Positions 27,110 through 40,760 are shown, numbered from the stretch's first letter. The stretch is DNA of 64,000 bases from Dicyema japonicum (GCA_011109175.1 RDEW01000020.1:1059418-1123417), one strand, 5' to 3'. Numbers and translations: made by a program. Notes: generated by a model not told the origin, from the letters alone.

Positions 27110-27849
27110 CTTTGTGTTTTTTCATTTTTTACAGGTGATGTAGTTTAAAAAAATTGGTTTAAAAAAATGATCAATTCATTTCGAATCTTAGTCATTTTGG
27201 ATTTTTCACAAATTCCATGTTTAGGGGATTTGAAGGCGTATTCGAGAAGATTGGGTGTTATTATAACACATTTTGAAAATAGGGAACATAAGATACAACG
27301 TTTATTCGAAAAGAAAAAAAAACTGATGAATGTTGTGTTATATCACCCATTAATCTTTTTTGATGTTTAGAATCTTCTCCAATAGCCTATTACTTTTAAG
27401 TTTCTTCCGAAGTGAGACTTGAGAAATTCTTCCAAATGCGTTCGATCATATTAATAGTTCTCGTTTTGTTTTGTAGAGTTTAAAAAGGCATTCCCTCTCG
27501 CATTTATATTTGCAATTCTAATGTCAAAATTGGAAACCAATGTACTTCGGGAGTATTTCTCAGCCAAAAAACTTGTATAAATTAGAGATAATACAGCGTT
27601 TCCTTTTCTACGAAAGAGTCCCGAATCTTTAAACCCATCTTCGATTAAATTGCAAATTGAATAAGAGCTTATACTATTGTAATAAAGATCCTTATGAAGA
27701 GGAAAGTATCCTCTTCATGTGTAACTTTAAAATGCAGAGAAATACTCAAACAAGCTTTTTTTCTTATCACTTTGACATCATCCGTAAAGTCTCCCTGGAT
27801 TTTAATCAACATTTCAAGATAATTTACGATACCGAATATTTTATGTTCC

Positions 27850-29330
27850 TCAAATAGGAGACAGAGGAGATCCTTGGGGTATTCCATTTGGAATTAAACG
27901 GGAGCTCGACCGTAGGTTTGTTAAACAGACTCGTCTTCTCCTCCACTGAGGAAATACACCACCCAGAGTTTGAAATTCCCAGGTATATCCGTCTGATAGA
28001 TTTTCCTGGTGAATCTTTTTTTAGGATGGAGTCGAATGCCTTATGAATGTTTACAGAACATAGAATTGTCTTTTTGTGTCTAGGTTTGTTGGTGAACTCC
28101 AAGCGAATAAAATCACTCAGGGATAGTATGTGGGTATCCGTCGAGTGAAAAAATTTAAATCCGTGTTGGGATGGTTTATCTGGAATTGTTCCTCTGATCT
28201 TCTGAAAAATAGTTTTTTTTCCAGAATTTTCGACATTGAAGATAGCAGAGATACCGTTCTGAATGAAGCCGGGTTGTTTTTTTGGTTTTCCCATCTTCAA
28301 TTTCGGGCGGATGTATGCAAGTTTTATAATGAGGAAATCGCATTTTCCCTTAAAGACCAATTATAGATATTTGTAAGGTTCCTGATCCCCTCCGGCTCAA
28401 GATTTTTCAGCAGGATAACAGAGATTTCATCTGGGCTGTTAGAATAAGTAGTTTTTGTATTTAACAGTGCATCTTACATACATCCGTTTCTGAAAAGTAG
28501 GAAGATAAGCGGCTTTCTTCGGATTTTCCAAAGGATGTTGATCTGTCTTCCGTTTCTCTCAATGGGCAATTTTCACATAATACTTCATAATGAAATTCAG
28601 ATCTTTCTGGTTATATTCGGATTCGTGGTTGGTCTATCATCAGCCCTTGATTTGTCCCGAATGATTTTCCACACTTGGGCGGTTATCTGATTTCGGTTCA
28701 AAGCTGTAAGAACTCTTGACCATTTTGCTTTATGTATCTTAAGTTCTTTTGCTTTTATATTTTCATTTAGTGCTTTCAGTCGGAGCTTTTTCCTCGGTTG
28801 AGCGAATTCCTGCCTTTTTTAGCTTATTTCTTTGATCTTGTAGAGAGAGTTGGAGACCAGTGAGTGATGTCTGGGGATGTAGGTTAGTCAATATTCCTGA
28901 AAGGGGTTCTTGTGTGTTTCGAGGGGTCATTTATGATACTCAGTTTTCCAGACTGCGAGAGTAGAAGTATTCCTCTTGCATCGGCAGGCTGACTTGACAG
29001 CCAAAGGGGATGTTTGCCATTCAGGTCTCCGCAGGTCAAGATATCCCCCATATTTTCCAAAGTAGATAAATCAACCATTGAATACATCTTATGGCATGAG
29101 CCAGGAGGAGATATATAGACGTTCACCAGAAACAATTTTCCTTTTGTTGAAATCAGAGATCCCAATGGTTTCCGTGGTTTCATCCTCCCCAAGGACGCAG
29201 ATTTTGTGGATGCAGACGATCTGGATGAAATCAGGATGCGAGCCAGACGACGAAAGCTATGAAGAAGGCTACGGTATAACAGTCGAAAACATGGCACATG
29301 GAAAACCATAAACACTGTTTACTGGTAACG
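27850..29330 (-). mobile_element. Ingi/Vingi-like LINE (APE + RT), decayed
   Basis: LVNVYISPP, CGDLNGKHPLW, RGILL; SQHGFK..HSTDTHIL, VNIHKAFDSI, NGIPQGSPLSP. Confidence 0.8.
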
Positions 29331-29354
29331 CGGACGTGCATTAACTAACTAGAT

Positions 29355-31350
29355 TATTATTATTAATAGCTCTTTCGAAGAACCAAAAATGTAATTTATT
29401 TAATTGAGGTTCCGCTTGTGCCGTATTTTTCTTCAGGTTATTTTTTTCCACAATTCTCTTGACCACTTCCTCCATGCTCCGCGGTTACAGGCAGTTATTC
29501 CGAGCGTATCCAGATCATCTCCAGTTTTTAGCTTTCGTCCTATATTGGTCACGTCCTTGTGTAGAACCTCTGGCAAAGTTATGCGAGGTCTTCCACGGAA
29601 CGAGGTATTCACTTCTGGGCAGAAATAGTTATTTATTGCTATTTTAGCAGGCGTCATCTGGCTCATTCGAAGGATGTGACCAAACAGACGCCATCTTGAC
29701 TCCAAGATATCCAGACTCAATGGTCTTGTATTACATACTTTTCTATAGATTCTTGTTTGTAATTTTTTTGGGCAGTTGATGTCAAGCAACAGTCGGAGTT
29801 GCTTACGGTGGAAGGCATCTAGTTTGTCTATTACCGCTTCTGAGACACCCCAGGTTGCAGCGTTGTACATTAGGACTGGTTTCACGAAGGCATTGTATAG
29901 TCTCACACGTAATTGTGTGCTAATTTGTTTACGATGATTCCAGACTACTTCCATTTTTCTAAAGGCCGCGACGGCCAACATCTTCCTGTTAGTGATATCC
30001 TCAGCGTCTCCGAGCAACGATCCCAATTTTTTACAGCATCTCCATTTTTCATCAGTTTGAGTTAATTCACGGCGTATGGTAGTTGTCTACGTCTTTTCCG
30101 TATTGATTTTGATGAACCATTTTTCTAGGACATCTGGCATCCTTGTCTGTATATAGTTTAATGTTTTCTCGTCGCTGGATATATAGTCGATATCATCTGC
30201 ATAAATCACTTCAGTTTGATGTAGATCGCCAATTAATAGTCTGAAGTCTCTGAGTGCCGCCTCCAGATATGTCACAAAAAGTACCGGTGACAAGGAATTT
30301 CCCTGCGGTACCCCGAACGTTGTCTCGAACGGGACAGACTCCAAATTTCCAAAACGTACACTTAGCTGCGTTGTTCCAAGTAATAGACGGATCATTTCGA
30401 CACTGTCCTCGTCAACCAACTTCTCCAAGATATCCAAAAGTCTCCCTCTGTGTATGGAGTCAAAGGCTTTGGACATGTCCATGCCAAGGATGCCAATAGC
30501 CCCCTTGTACTTTTGATGTGTTGCACAAAGCCATCGATGTCCCCAGACCACATCAGCTGTAGATCTCCCTGACCTGAATCCGCTTTGACCGTGAGAGAGA
30601 AAGTTCTCGATGTCAGATCCAATCCTGTTCAGCACTATAAGTGATAGTGTCTTGCGTAGAGTCGTCAATAGTACGATGGGTCTTAAATTCGTTAAGGGGC
30701 CTTTAGCTTTGCCCGGTTTTTGTAGTGCAATTAGTGTGCCATTACCCACATCCAGTGGTGAGTTGTATTTGAATGTTTTGTTGTATATCTCAGTTAATAG
30801 TTCAGAGATCTCGGTCGGTGCATATTTGAGAAGTTCTGCATTTATGTTGTCAGGGCCAGCAGCTCTATTGTTGTTCAGTTTGTCCAGGGCTTTTTTTGTT
30901 TCCAGAATCGTTATCGGAATATTTAGTTCTCGTGCTTCACCATCGAATTGTTTGATTTTTTCCCCGTGGTTTTGATTGAAGGCCTGCTGATAATGGCTGG
31001 ATATGGCCGATAGAATTTCATTTTTGTTTAACATAGTCTTTCCAAACTGGTCATGTATTGTGATTTTTGATGACTGTGTCTCTATGTAGTAGGTGAACAG
31101 CCTTGAACATCTGCGCTCCGTTTTTGAGTTTTCTACTTCTTTAGCCATTCCAGCAAGTTTATTTTTATTTCCCTCGTTCTTTTCTTTATTTTATACAGGG
31201 TTTGGTTCCGCATGACTCTTAGAATGTGTTCCTTTGCTTGGTCCTGGCAGGTTTCGACCTGTAAAGGTAGGTTCCTCTGCAATTTGGATAGTTCTTCAAG
31301 CTCGTGGTCATAGTGCCCGTTTTTTCAACTAACTAGATGGTCCTGGGAAT
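29355..31350 (-). mobile_element. RTE-clade LINE, 5'-truncated
   Basis: ORFs 30087-31148 (NNRAAGPD, LRPIVLL, QSGFRSGRST, GVPQGNSLSPVLF, YADD) and 29433-30026 (RWRLFGHILR, RGRPR); (TAA)n tail. Confidence 0.93.
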
Positions 31351-31654
31351 TTTCAGTCATCTCTGTTTTTCATATTTTATTTTAACAAATAATTATTAAG
31401 TTTTTAATATTTTTAAAAGTGATTCTAACAACATTTATCACTTTTCTTAGATTGACCCCTGTGGACTTTAAAGAAATATCGAATCTTCGATATTAAGCGT
31501 GACACCCATGTCCACTGTATTAAAGCAGTACTTTTCGAAAGATAATGTTCAGTTATAGGATATTTTTGTAGCAATGTGAAATTTCAATTATCATCCAATC
31601 ATTTTTGAAGCTGAATAAATAAGTTCATGTTCCTAACTATTGAATTTTTTCATA

Positions 31655-32050
31655 TTATTATTATTATTATCAGCACTTCCGAGAACACATAAAAAAACAA
31701 AAGTCAATTAAGGTTCCCTTGTGCCGCGCCGGCCACCCTTTGCACCAATCGCATCCAAAGGCCTCTCCGTTTCGCAAGATCTCTTAGTTCATCGAGGTCA
31801 TCCATTGTTTTCAACTCCCTGCCTATGGCTTTTAGGTCCTCATTTAACGTGATAGGTAAGGTTGTTCTAGGCCTTCCTCGGAATGATTTTGTTTTTTCCA
31901 TGAAATATTCATCTATTACGTGATTTGCCGGGACATCCAGGTCCATCCTCAGAATGTGACCGAACAGTCTCCATCTCGATCTTCTGATTTCCATGGATAA
32001 TGGTTCTGTTATTTTTTCATATATCGCATAAATTTGTATTTTCTAGTCAT
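31655..32050 (-). mobile_element. RTE 3' fragment with (TAA)n tail
   Basis: RWRLFGHILRM...RGRPRTTLP; tail gataataataataataat. Confidence 0.88.
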
Positions 32051-32429
32051 CAAGGGTTTTAACTTATCTCCTATACCAGTCAAGGGTCCGAGGGTAAATA
32101 AATATTGGTTAGATTCGCTCTCCTGTTCATAGGTATGTAATAATTTGAAACAATTAATTTATGGAGCTTGAATGACCATTCTTGTTTCCTCTGACAATAC
32201 ATATCGAGATTCTCTCTAGAAGCCATCCAGTTTCAAGTGGATCCTTGGTGACCTTATTGAGTCGATTCGACGGACTAGACCGTCTGCTTGTGGGCCAGAA
32301 ATTACTGAATTTATTCCAGTAATTCCCTGATATCTGAAAAACAACCTTTTGCTAATGACGAATGTACGATACCTTTCATTAATTATTTTTAAAATTAAAA
32401 AAGAGTAAACACATTTTTGAATTGGCCAG

Positions 32430-35400
32430 TGTTGTTGTGGACGGTCGTTGTTATGATTATGCCTGTTGTGAGAAAAGCACCTGAAAAGAATGTTCCCACT
32501 TTGAAGAAAAAAGTAACAGCCAAGTAAACTGAGATGTGTTCGTCCTGTCGGCTTGTCAGAACTCGGAAACGTGGGATCTCCTCCTCTGCTTATGGAGATT
32601 TCTTTCACTTTGGGTGTATCAAGCTATCACAAGCCGCAGCGAGAGTGCTTGGAGTATGGCACTGTCAGTCATGCATCGGCCTATGCAGGGAGGTTCCCCG
32701 TGCCAATGTTAACTCTCCCGTTAATTACCCATCAACCACGGACCCTGAACAACGCCGTACAGCCTGTCGCTGCGGAGGCCCTTTCCAAAACGATTGAAGA
32801 TGTCCTCCGGACTAACGCACTACATGATTGGATGCGCTTATTTAGTTTTGCGTTTTCTGCACTGAGATTTGATCGAGATGGTAACGGAAAGGAGTCTCTC
32901 GCTACCACCATGAGGACCAATATTCGTTTTTTTTTGGGAGGTATCCACATTTTTAGTTGTACGAGGGAGACACGTGGTCAAAACGAGGATTTCGAAGTGC
33001 TCCGTCTCAAGAGAACTGTCCGGTCGTTGTTAATCGAAGGTGGCATCCATCAGGGCACTTTTTTCGAGTAGACCACGAAACCGACTCAAGACGCTACAAT
33101 ATTTTACTGAACAGACATTCACTGCCACCCCAAAACCTACGCCAAGTTGCTCCCCCATTCAGAGTGAGTCCCCTGATTTCATCAAACGATGAAGTTCTTC
33201 TAGCAATACGAAATTTTGCCCTTAGTAGCAGTGGCGGGCTCGACGGAATGAGACCTGGCTACCTAGAGGATCTAACTTCTTTGTCCGTAGGAGACAGGTA
33301 CTTCGTCTTACGAATTCAATTACTTCACTTATGAACCGTATCATATTTGGAGTTCTTCTAGAAGTTATCCGCCATGTCTTGTTCTCTGCCAATTTGATAG
33401 CCTTTGATAAGAAGGAAGGCGGAGTACGACAAGTTTCGGTCGGATTTGTCTTAAGAAGACTGGCTGCTAAAATTGCCTCCAGACATTCTATTCCACTTGT
33501 CACAAAATTCTTGGACCCCTTAAGTAAGCGTCGGTATTCGCTTGGGATGCGAGGCCACTGTCCATTCAGTGAAAACATTCATAAACCGCAGTATAGAAGA
33601 GGCTCGGGGACATGTCCTGGTCAAATTAGACATCAAGAACGCCTTTAATAGTCTAAGGATGGACAATATCTTGGAGGCGTGTGTTGAGAGATGCCCTAAT
33701 ATTTTCGAATTTGTGAATCAGTCATACAGCCTACCTTCATCTTTACATTTCGGGGATTACCTAATCCATTCGTATTCTGGAATGCAACAGGGAGATCCCC
33801 TTGGACCCCTTTTGTTTTGTCTTGCAATAGAGAAAATCATCAAACTCAGCCTATGGTATCTGGATGATACGGTACTCGGAGGACCCCCGGTACTATTTTT
33901 CCGGAATTTGGAAGTGATAATTCCAGCACTGTTGGAAGCTGGACTAGATTTTATTAATTACCCCTAGGATCACTGGGTCAAAGAGAAAGAAATAAAGTTC
34001 TCATCTAACTAAGTGATCCCAGACCGACAAAGGTGAGGACGAGTCCGGCGAGGTCGAGAATCCTGAACAGCTCTTCTCATTGGACTAGATTTAAATTACA
34101 CTAAATGCGAAATCTACATTTGCGGACTTTCAGAAGAGAAGTATTCAAAAACTTTGTCATGTTTCGGAAATTTACATGCCTGGAAGTATTTCCACACCCG
34201 ATTACTTACATTCCTCGTATTCCCAATCACCATATATGCAATAGGAAGAGCTATACGTGAAAAACGACGACTCTTACTCGGAGAGACTCTGAACCGCTAC
34301 TTGACATCCATACATCATTATTCCTTTAGAAAAACCGTCTCAACGTACAAAGGCTTGCATATGTCTTGAAAACTGCTCCCTATTTCACCCTGTGTGACTA
34401 ACACACAGATTAACAAGATCTTCCATATAACAGCGGAACGTATCTTCAACGTCCTGTTCGAGGATTACTCATGGAAGCAAGCCACGATGTCAGTGAGACT
34501 CGGAGGACTTGGAATTCGGAACCATGTAAACCTTTCTTTTCCTTCATACCTATCATCTCCAGTGGCCTGTAACTCCCATGTCAAGAGGATTCTACACTCT
34601 ATACCTGAATTCTCTATTGACAAAGACGCCGGCCATGCTCGTGAGGCTTGGAGCCGAACTTATCAGCTTCCCTGCCTTCCTCGTTTTCTCAGCGGGGCAT
34701 GAACAATGCTATATGCTGGAATTTTTTCAAAGATTTGCTAATGTCATCTAGCCAACATCGCCGTGCCTGTTAGTTGTCGGGGGCGTCTTCAGCTGTGCCT
34801 GGCTCAAGGCCATTCCCAATGGAGTTCTGGGTACCTTCCTGGATGGTGAATGCGTCCGTATTGGGATCTCATTGCGACTGGGATTAAAAGTCTGTGCTCC
34901 ACATTTGTGCCAATGCGGAGACCAGATCGACTGTTTTGGCCTACATTCTCTCTCCTCCATGAAGAGTGCAGGCAGATTTCCCAGACACATGGCATTGAAC
35001 GAAGTAATTAGGCGAGCTTTGGACGCCGCCGGGCACCCATCCATGCTCAAACCTGTCGGTCTTTGCAGGCGGGACGGGAAACTATTAGATGGGATGACAA
35101 TCTTCCCTTTTGAAGCCGGCCTGTTCTGCCGCTGAGAAGGCCGAGAAGATGAAACGGGAAAAGTACGGGAATTTTTTGTTTGTTTCACTTGCCGTTGAGA
35201 CGTCTGGTCCCCTTGCACCTGTGACGCTGGAATTCTTGAGTAGTCTAGGGAATCAGATCGTCGCTACACGAACAGGAGACCCTCGTAAGCGCTGCTGGTT
35301 ATTTGAGCGAATCTCGCTCGCTATCCTGAAAGGGAATAGCCACGCAGTCAGGGTAGCCGCTATAACCGTCTACTTTCTTTTCTTTTATTAATTATAATAA
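32430..35400 (+). mobile_element. CRE-clade non-LTR retrotransposon (PHD finger - RT - RLE), near full length, decayed
   Basis: PHD CSSC...FHFGC...WHCQSC; RT KLDIKNAFNSL, GMQQGDPLGPLLF, WYLDD, GGLGIR; RLE CQCG..H, GRFPRH.ALNE, RRDGK..DG, AVETSG, RISLAILKGN. Confidence 0.9.
33952..34080 (-). mobile_element. 129-bp LINE 3' fragment (…HLCRSGIT*) inserted in the CRE element, 12-bp TSD
   Basis: TSD TGGACTAGATTT at 33940-33951 and 34081-34092; removal restores GLDLNYTKCEI; second copy at ~47610-47706. Confidence 0.9.
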
Positions 35401-36123
35401 AATTTTTGATCAAAGAATTCATTTGACTTTTTCAAATCAAATATGTAACTAGCGACCCATGTGACATAATATCACCAAACTGATCAGGTAAGGGGAGCTG
35501 AAACTCAGATCCATTCAAGAGGCGGAAATGTTCGGATTTACGATAGGATTCTTCCGGAATTTCTATCAAGGGTTTCTTCCAAGTTGTAAAGAAATATTAT
35601 ATTTAATAGATAATCAATTATAACACATTTATAGACCAATATTAACGAGTACGGCACAAATTAAGTATTTACGTGATTAAATAATGATCAACCATGGGAT
35701 TGTACTATTTTTTACAAACATAAATTTGACCTGCTCTCTTTGAACGAAGAAATGGGTTTATTAGTCTTAGTAATACTCTCGTATTGATTTCTTGATTCAC
35801 TCGTTAAACTTAACATCCAACTGAAGTTTCGACTTATAATTTGCCTCAATCCTGCAAAGTTTTTGTGATTCCAACGTATATTCAGTCATAAGCAACAAGA
35901 CCCTCCAAAGTTAGTACCCCAAGAGAATTACACCACCTGAATCTCTAAATTAGTGCACAAATCCTCTCCTTTATTAAGATTGTGTGTTGTAATATCGAAT
36001 GATTAATCCCTGAACTTATAAATGCACAAATAGTTTTGTGAAAATAACAATGAATGATCGATTTCTATAATGGTTGAACTTACGTTTGCTTAAATAATAA
36101 ATTATTAGAATTTGCTTTCGTAA

Positions 36124-39100
36124 ATGAGGGAAAGGCACAAACGTAGTGATTCCGTTAGTAACACGTCGGACTCTGAGGGTACAACGCTCCTAATTCTTTA
36201 GTTTATGACCAGCCTTTGTCAACGTGGAGATTCACTGACTTTTTCAACTCTTCTACAAATGAGAACTGTTTTCTCCCTAATATTCAGATCAAAAGCAGAA
36301 ATGTACATTTTTGTCAAATCTTAGAGTAAACAAATAAATCTGTTGTTGAGACATGTAAAATCACTAGAGAAAGTTGGTTGAGCATTTATTATGTTAGGAT
36401 GATCGAATCTGCTTGAAATGTATTCTTGGAATCGAGCATTCCGTCTGCCAAAGAGTACTATCATTGATGATAACAGAATAAATTCATTAGAGTCGGTGGG
36501 GGATACAGACATAGCTATTACTACATTCAGATGATATTAGAAAAGTTGGAGAAAGAAGTAATTTGTGATGTCATTGTAGCAAGAACTAATGGATGGACTA
36601 AACTCACTATTGGATACGATCGAGGAGGAGGATGATGGTATATTTGACAAATGAGTAGATCCTGTGGCCATTAGAACTTACATCAGAAACAGTAAGGGAG
36701 AACTCGTAGAAAAGATTATCCATATCAAAAGAAAGGACTATGAGAGGATGATGAGGGGAGAAGGGGACAAAATGGAGATTTTGAAAAAATATCTGAATAA
36801 ACGAGACCAGGAGAGAATCGAGAAATTTGACGAGGAGGAGGTCGTCCCAACAGTTACCTATATTCGAACGAAAAGTGGAAAACTCAAAAAAGTGACAGCC
36901 TTTGTATCAAAGTCTGACTATAAGAAAATGTTGGAGAATACAGAAGAGGCTAATAAAATCCTTCAAAAATATTTAAAAGTACTATAATCAAATTATTCTA
37001 AGTTGTCTGATGGGGATGTTGTCGAACAGTTCGAACAGGAGGCTCCAACAGTCGTGAAAACCCTAATAAGAACTAAAAGTGGTCGTTTAATTGAAAAGGA
37101 CGTAATTCTGACGAAGGATGAGTATGAGGCTCTTCAAAGAGGGGATATTAATTTGGAGGATGTTATGAGACAACGTGGAATCATTAGTAAGAATGACAAA
37201 GTAGAAGCATGGAAGGCAAAACCCCCCAAGAAGAAAGTATAAGTGCCATGTGACATGCAGGAAGAGATCCACCACACCGTAACCACTAAAATTCGTACGA
37301 AAAGTGGACGGATTGTAGAAAAAAAGATTTCCTTGACTGCCGAAGAGGCTAAAGCCTTGGAGGAAGGGAAGGTGACGATCGAAGAAATAATGAAAAAACG
37401 AAAATTACTCAAGGATGATGAAAAAATAATTGAGTGGAAGCAGGAAAAGACGAAAAGACCAATACAACCCCCAAACAAAGTAGTAATATTAAAGAGAACA
37501 GATCCACAACACAGTGACCGCTACAATTCGCACAAAGAGTGGACGTTTAGTAACGAAGAAGGTATCACTCACAGAGGAGGAAGCTAAGGCGTTGGAGGAG
37601 GGGAAGATAACGATTGAGGAGATTATGAGGAATCGGAAAATGTTGAATGAGGATGAGAAGATTATGAAATGGACTCAGAAGGTCACAACAGATGCTGAAA
37701 GGGAAGAAAAAAAGAAAATGAAGATGCCCAAGGAAAAGAAGCTGGTGACAGTGACAGTGAGGACTAAATCTGGGAGGGCAAGCTTGTTTGACAAATATAA
37801 TAGATAATCAAAAAGGAGATAATAATGACTGCCGATGAGTACGAAAAGTACATCAATAGTGATGATCCCCACAAAGTCCTCTCTCAAATGTTAAATTTGG
37901 GGGACGACGTTCAAGTAATTTCCGTCTCTAAAAGTCAATCATAAAGACAGATCCAAGTAAAATGTAAAATTATGGGTCGACATGTAGATGATAATTTGGA
38001 AGTCTATGACTCATCAAAGATAGATCCCGAGTTTGTGGACACTCTCGAAGTATTTGAAAAGGACGGGGAACTATATGAAGTGGTGGTTGATAAGAAAACT
38101 GGTAAAAAATATATTAGGTAATATTTACTGTACAGTTTCAGAAAAATAGACAAAGCTAACATAATCGAGAGTGAGAACGTAAAGAAAAGTAATAAGGCTG
38201 AGAAACGTCAAAAGGAGAAGGAAAAGTTAAAAAAGATGACAAAGAAGCAATTCGATGTAATCACCAAAATTATTTAGAAATATATGGCTGGTGGACGTCA
38301 ATCCGACAGTGAGAGTGACTTTAGCTATAAAAGTTATATTGGGGAGGATGGAAAGAGACACGTGGTGAGAAAGAAAAAGTTAAGGGATAAGGAAGGGAAT
38401 ATTATTGGTATTTATGTATTATTAAGGTTAGGTTATGATTCTGAGAGTGACTCCTATCATAGTAGTGCTGATGAGGAAGGGAAGATGAGGAGAACAAAGA
38501 GAAGGTTGGAAAGATTGGATAATGGCGGTGGAGACAGTTCCTCCTGTGATGAAGTCACAAAAACAATTAGGAGAGCCGTTAAAACCAAAATAAGACAACA
38601 ACTTGGGAAGAAAACGAAGATGGTGAGGAGAGTCGATTCCAAGGGGAACTCGTATTACTCCTCCGTGACTGAGGAAAGTGATTACGAGGGAATGACTGAG
38701 GCAATCGTTTAGTAATTTTTAGGAGGAAATAAAAAAGAGGAAATATGAAAAGAAAATGAAAAAGAAATTGCTTCAAATTAAATCAGGAATAGTTCTTACC
38801 AGGCATATTTTCATAATTATGCTAATAGTGATTCTGACACTGACTCTGAATGGGAGAGACAATATTTGGAGGGTTTGACGACGGAGGAGAAGGATAAGTA
38901 TTTCAGAGACAAAAAGATAAGACAGGCCGTGAGAAAGGAAAAGCAAGAACTAACGTACAAATTCTTGGTTATAAAATAGGAAAAAGAAAAAAGAACTTAT
39001 ATTCGATAAACTGAAAGAGATGAAGCGGGAAAAGTTTATGTAAGGTTAAAGGATTTCAGGAGGAGACAGCGTGGACTTGACTCTGATGGGGATTCAAGCA

Positions 39101-40566
39101 GTCTAGACTCAGAGACAGAGCGGGAATTCCTTAAAAGACTAAACAGCCAAGAAAGAAAAATATATTTTAAGGAAAAGGAACAGAGAAAGCAGCAAAAGAA
39201 AATGTAGTATTGACTGTAATTTTAGAGAGGAACAAATAAAGAAGGAAGGTTTGTGTTGGTATACAATATAGTGGCAAAGAAGGAGGAGGATGAAAAGAGA
39301 ATTTCAGAAAAACGTGCTGTATTGATTTATTAATCAGTTTAGAGCTATGAAACTCGTCGAAAGAGTTATTTGGTGGTCATAAAGTGTAGAAAACGAGGAG
39401 AAACAGAAAGTGAGGAGGTCGGAACAGGCTCTACTAAAGGAAAAGATAGCCCGCACGTTGAATGAGAGTAGAATCGACACAAAAATAAACTTATTGGTAG
39501 ATAATATTACTAAAAGGTAGGGAGATATTGACGAGAATCGACCAATGAATGAACTCCTCGACAGCAACAACTTTTTAGATATTAGTAGTCCTGTTATCTG
39601 ATCCCCTAGTTAACAAAATCCAACGGAATAAGGGAATGTCAGTGAATAGAGGACAACTCGTTGAATATTTAAAAAGACTAGTAAAAAGCATGACTGAGGA
39701 CGAAGACGTTCAATTGGAGCGAGGTGGTCTTTATTCTGACTAGATATGAGCATTCTGGCCCACTACAAGCTGGTGGACACTAGTAAGGTTGAGAAATACG
39801 CAAAGGCCTTCATTAGTGAGAACTTGGACAGGAAGCCAACCATCAACGGAAATGTTCGAGTTGTCCTCACTTTAGAATGCCATGACTGCAGTCAAGAATT
39901 TGTATCCTCAGTTGATACCGAAGCAGAAGAAGTTTATAATGAAAGTAAATTGTATGAGTAGTTGAGATACTGAAAATTGATGACTTGATGGATGTTAACT
40001 TTCGTAGGTTCGCAGTGATAGCGGCTGTAACAGAGAGGGTCACTCAAATGGAGTACAATTGTGATAACGATTAGTTCATATTGTCAGGAGTTGATTAGAA
40101 TCTGTGAATGTTATGACATTGAACGGAAAATGAATTTGTATTACTCTCTATTCTACTGCAATACTGCTGGAATATACAACCCCAACTATATAACAGCATC
40201 CTCCCTCCAAATAGAACTCATAGCTGGAGGACTCACGACCCCTCAACAGCGGTATATTTTAAGAGCTGTCCACCCCAACCATAATAACGAGGTTTGATCT
40301 CCTTTTGACTCAAGATTTCATTTCTCGACTATATTACTTATATTCCTCTATTTTTGTCAATGCATGAGCGAACTAACAAGAATCCATTCGATTTTTCGTT
40401 TGATTTCTACGACAAAGAGACAACCCGACCAATTTCTGGAAGACTACAGAAGGACTGCAATCCCTTAACATTCCCGCTTGATAGAGACAGTCAGTTTTAT
40501 GAGTCAGAATATGAAAAAATTATTGAAAGTTCAGAAAGATCCAATCAAAGAATATCAATGATATAA
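36124..40566 (+). CDS. Large uncharacterised protein: six RTKSG repeats, K/E/R-rich low-complexity or coiled region, C-terminal EF-hand-like domain; about 30 tiny introns
   Basis: Splicing 20-29 nt introns (e.g. 36179-36201, 36303-36324, 36558-36579, 36638-36658) gives a continuous frame over the segments checked; C-terminus has HPNHNNEISFLDYITYIPLF. Confidence 0.85.
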
Positions 40567-40599
40567 TAAATTTTACTCAACTAATTACATAATTTTAAA

Positions 40600-40760
40600 T
40601 AAATTTTGGCATAAGTAGCTTAGTGGTTAGGTCCCCGATGATTGAACAAAGGAGAGTAGTGGCCGTCAGGTGATCCCGGCCTCTTTGAGCAGCCACCTCA
40701 TCTTTCTCCGGGTTCCTCCGGAGTGGACGCGTGTAGGGAGAAGAGTCGTATAGGAAAAGC
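40600..40760 (-). mobile_element. Ingi/Vingi-like LINE 3' fragment (…RKMRWLLKEAGIT*)
   Basis: Conserved AGIT* terminus. Confidence 0.65.

Noticed and set aside
34030-34065. Hammerhead-like core (gacgagtcc...ggtcgagaa; also 47655)
   Set aside because: The CUGANGA and GAAA boxes are not intact; the sequence is the antisense of a LINE ORF end
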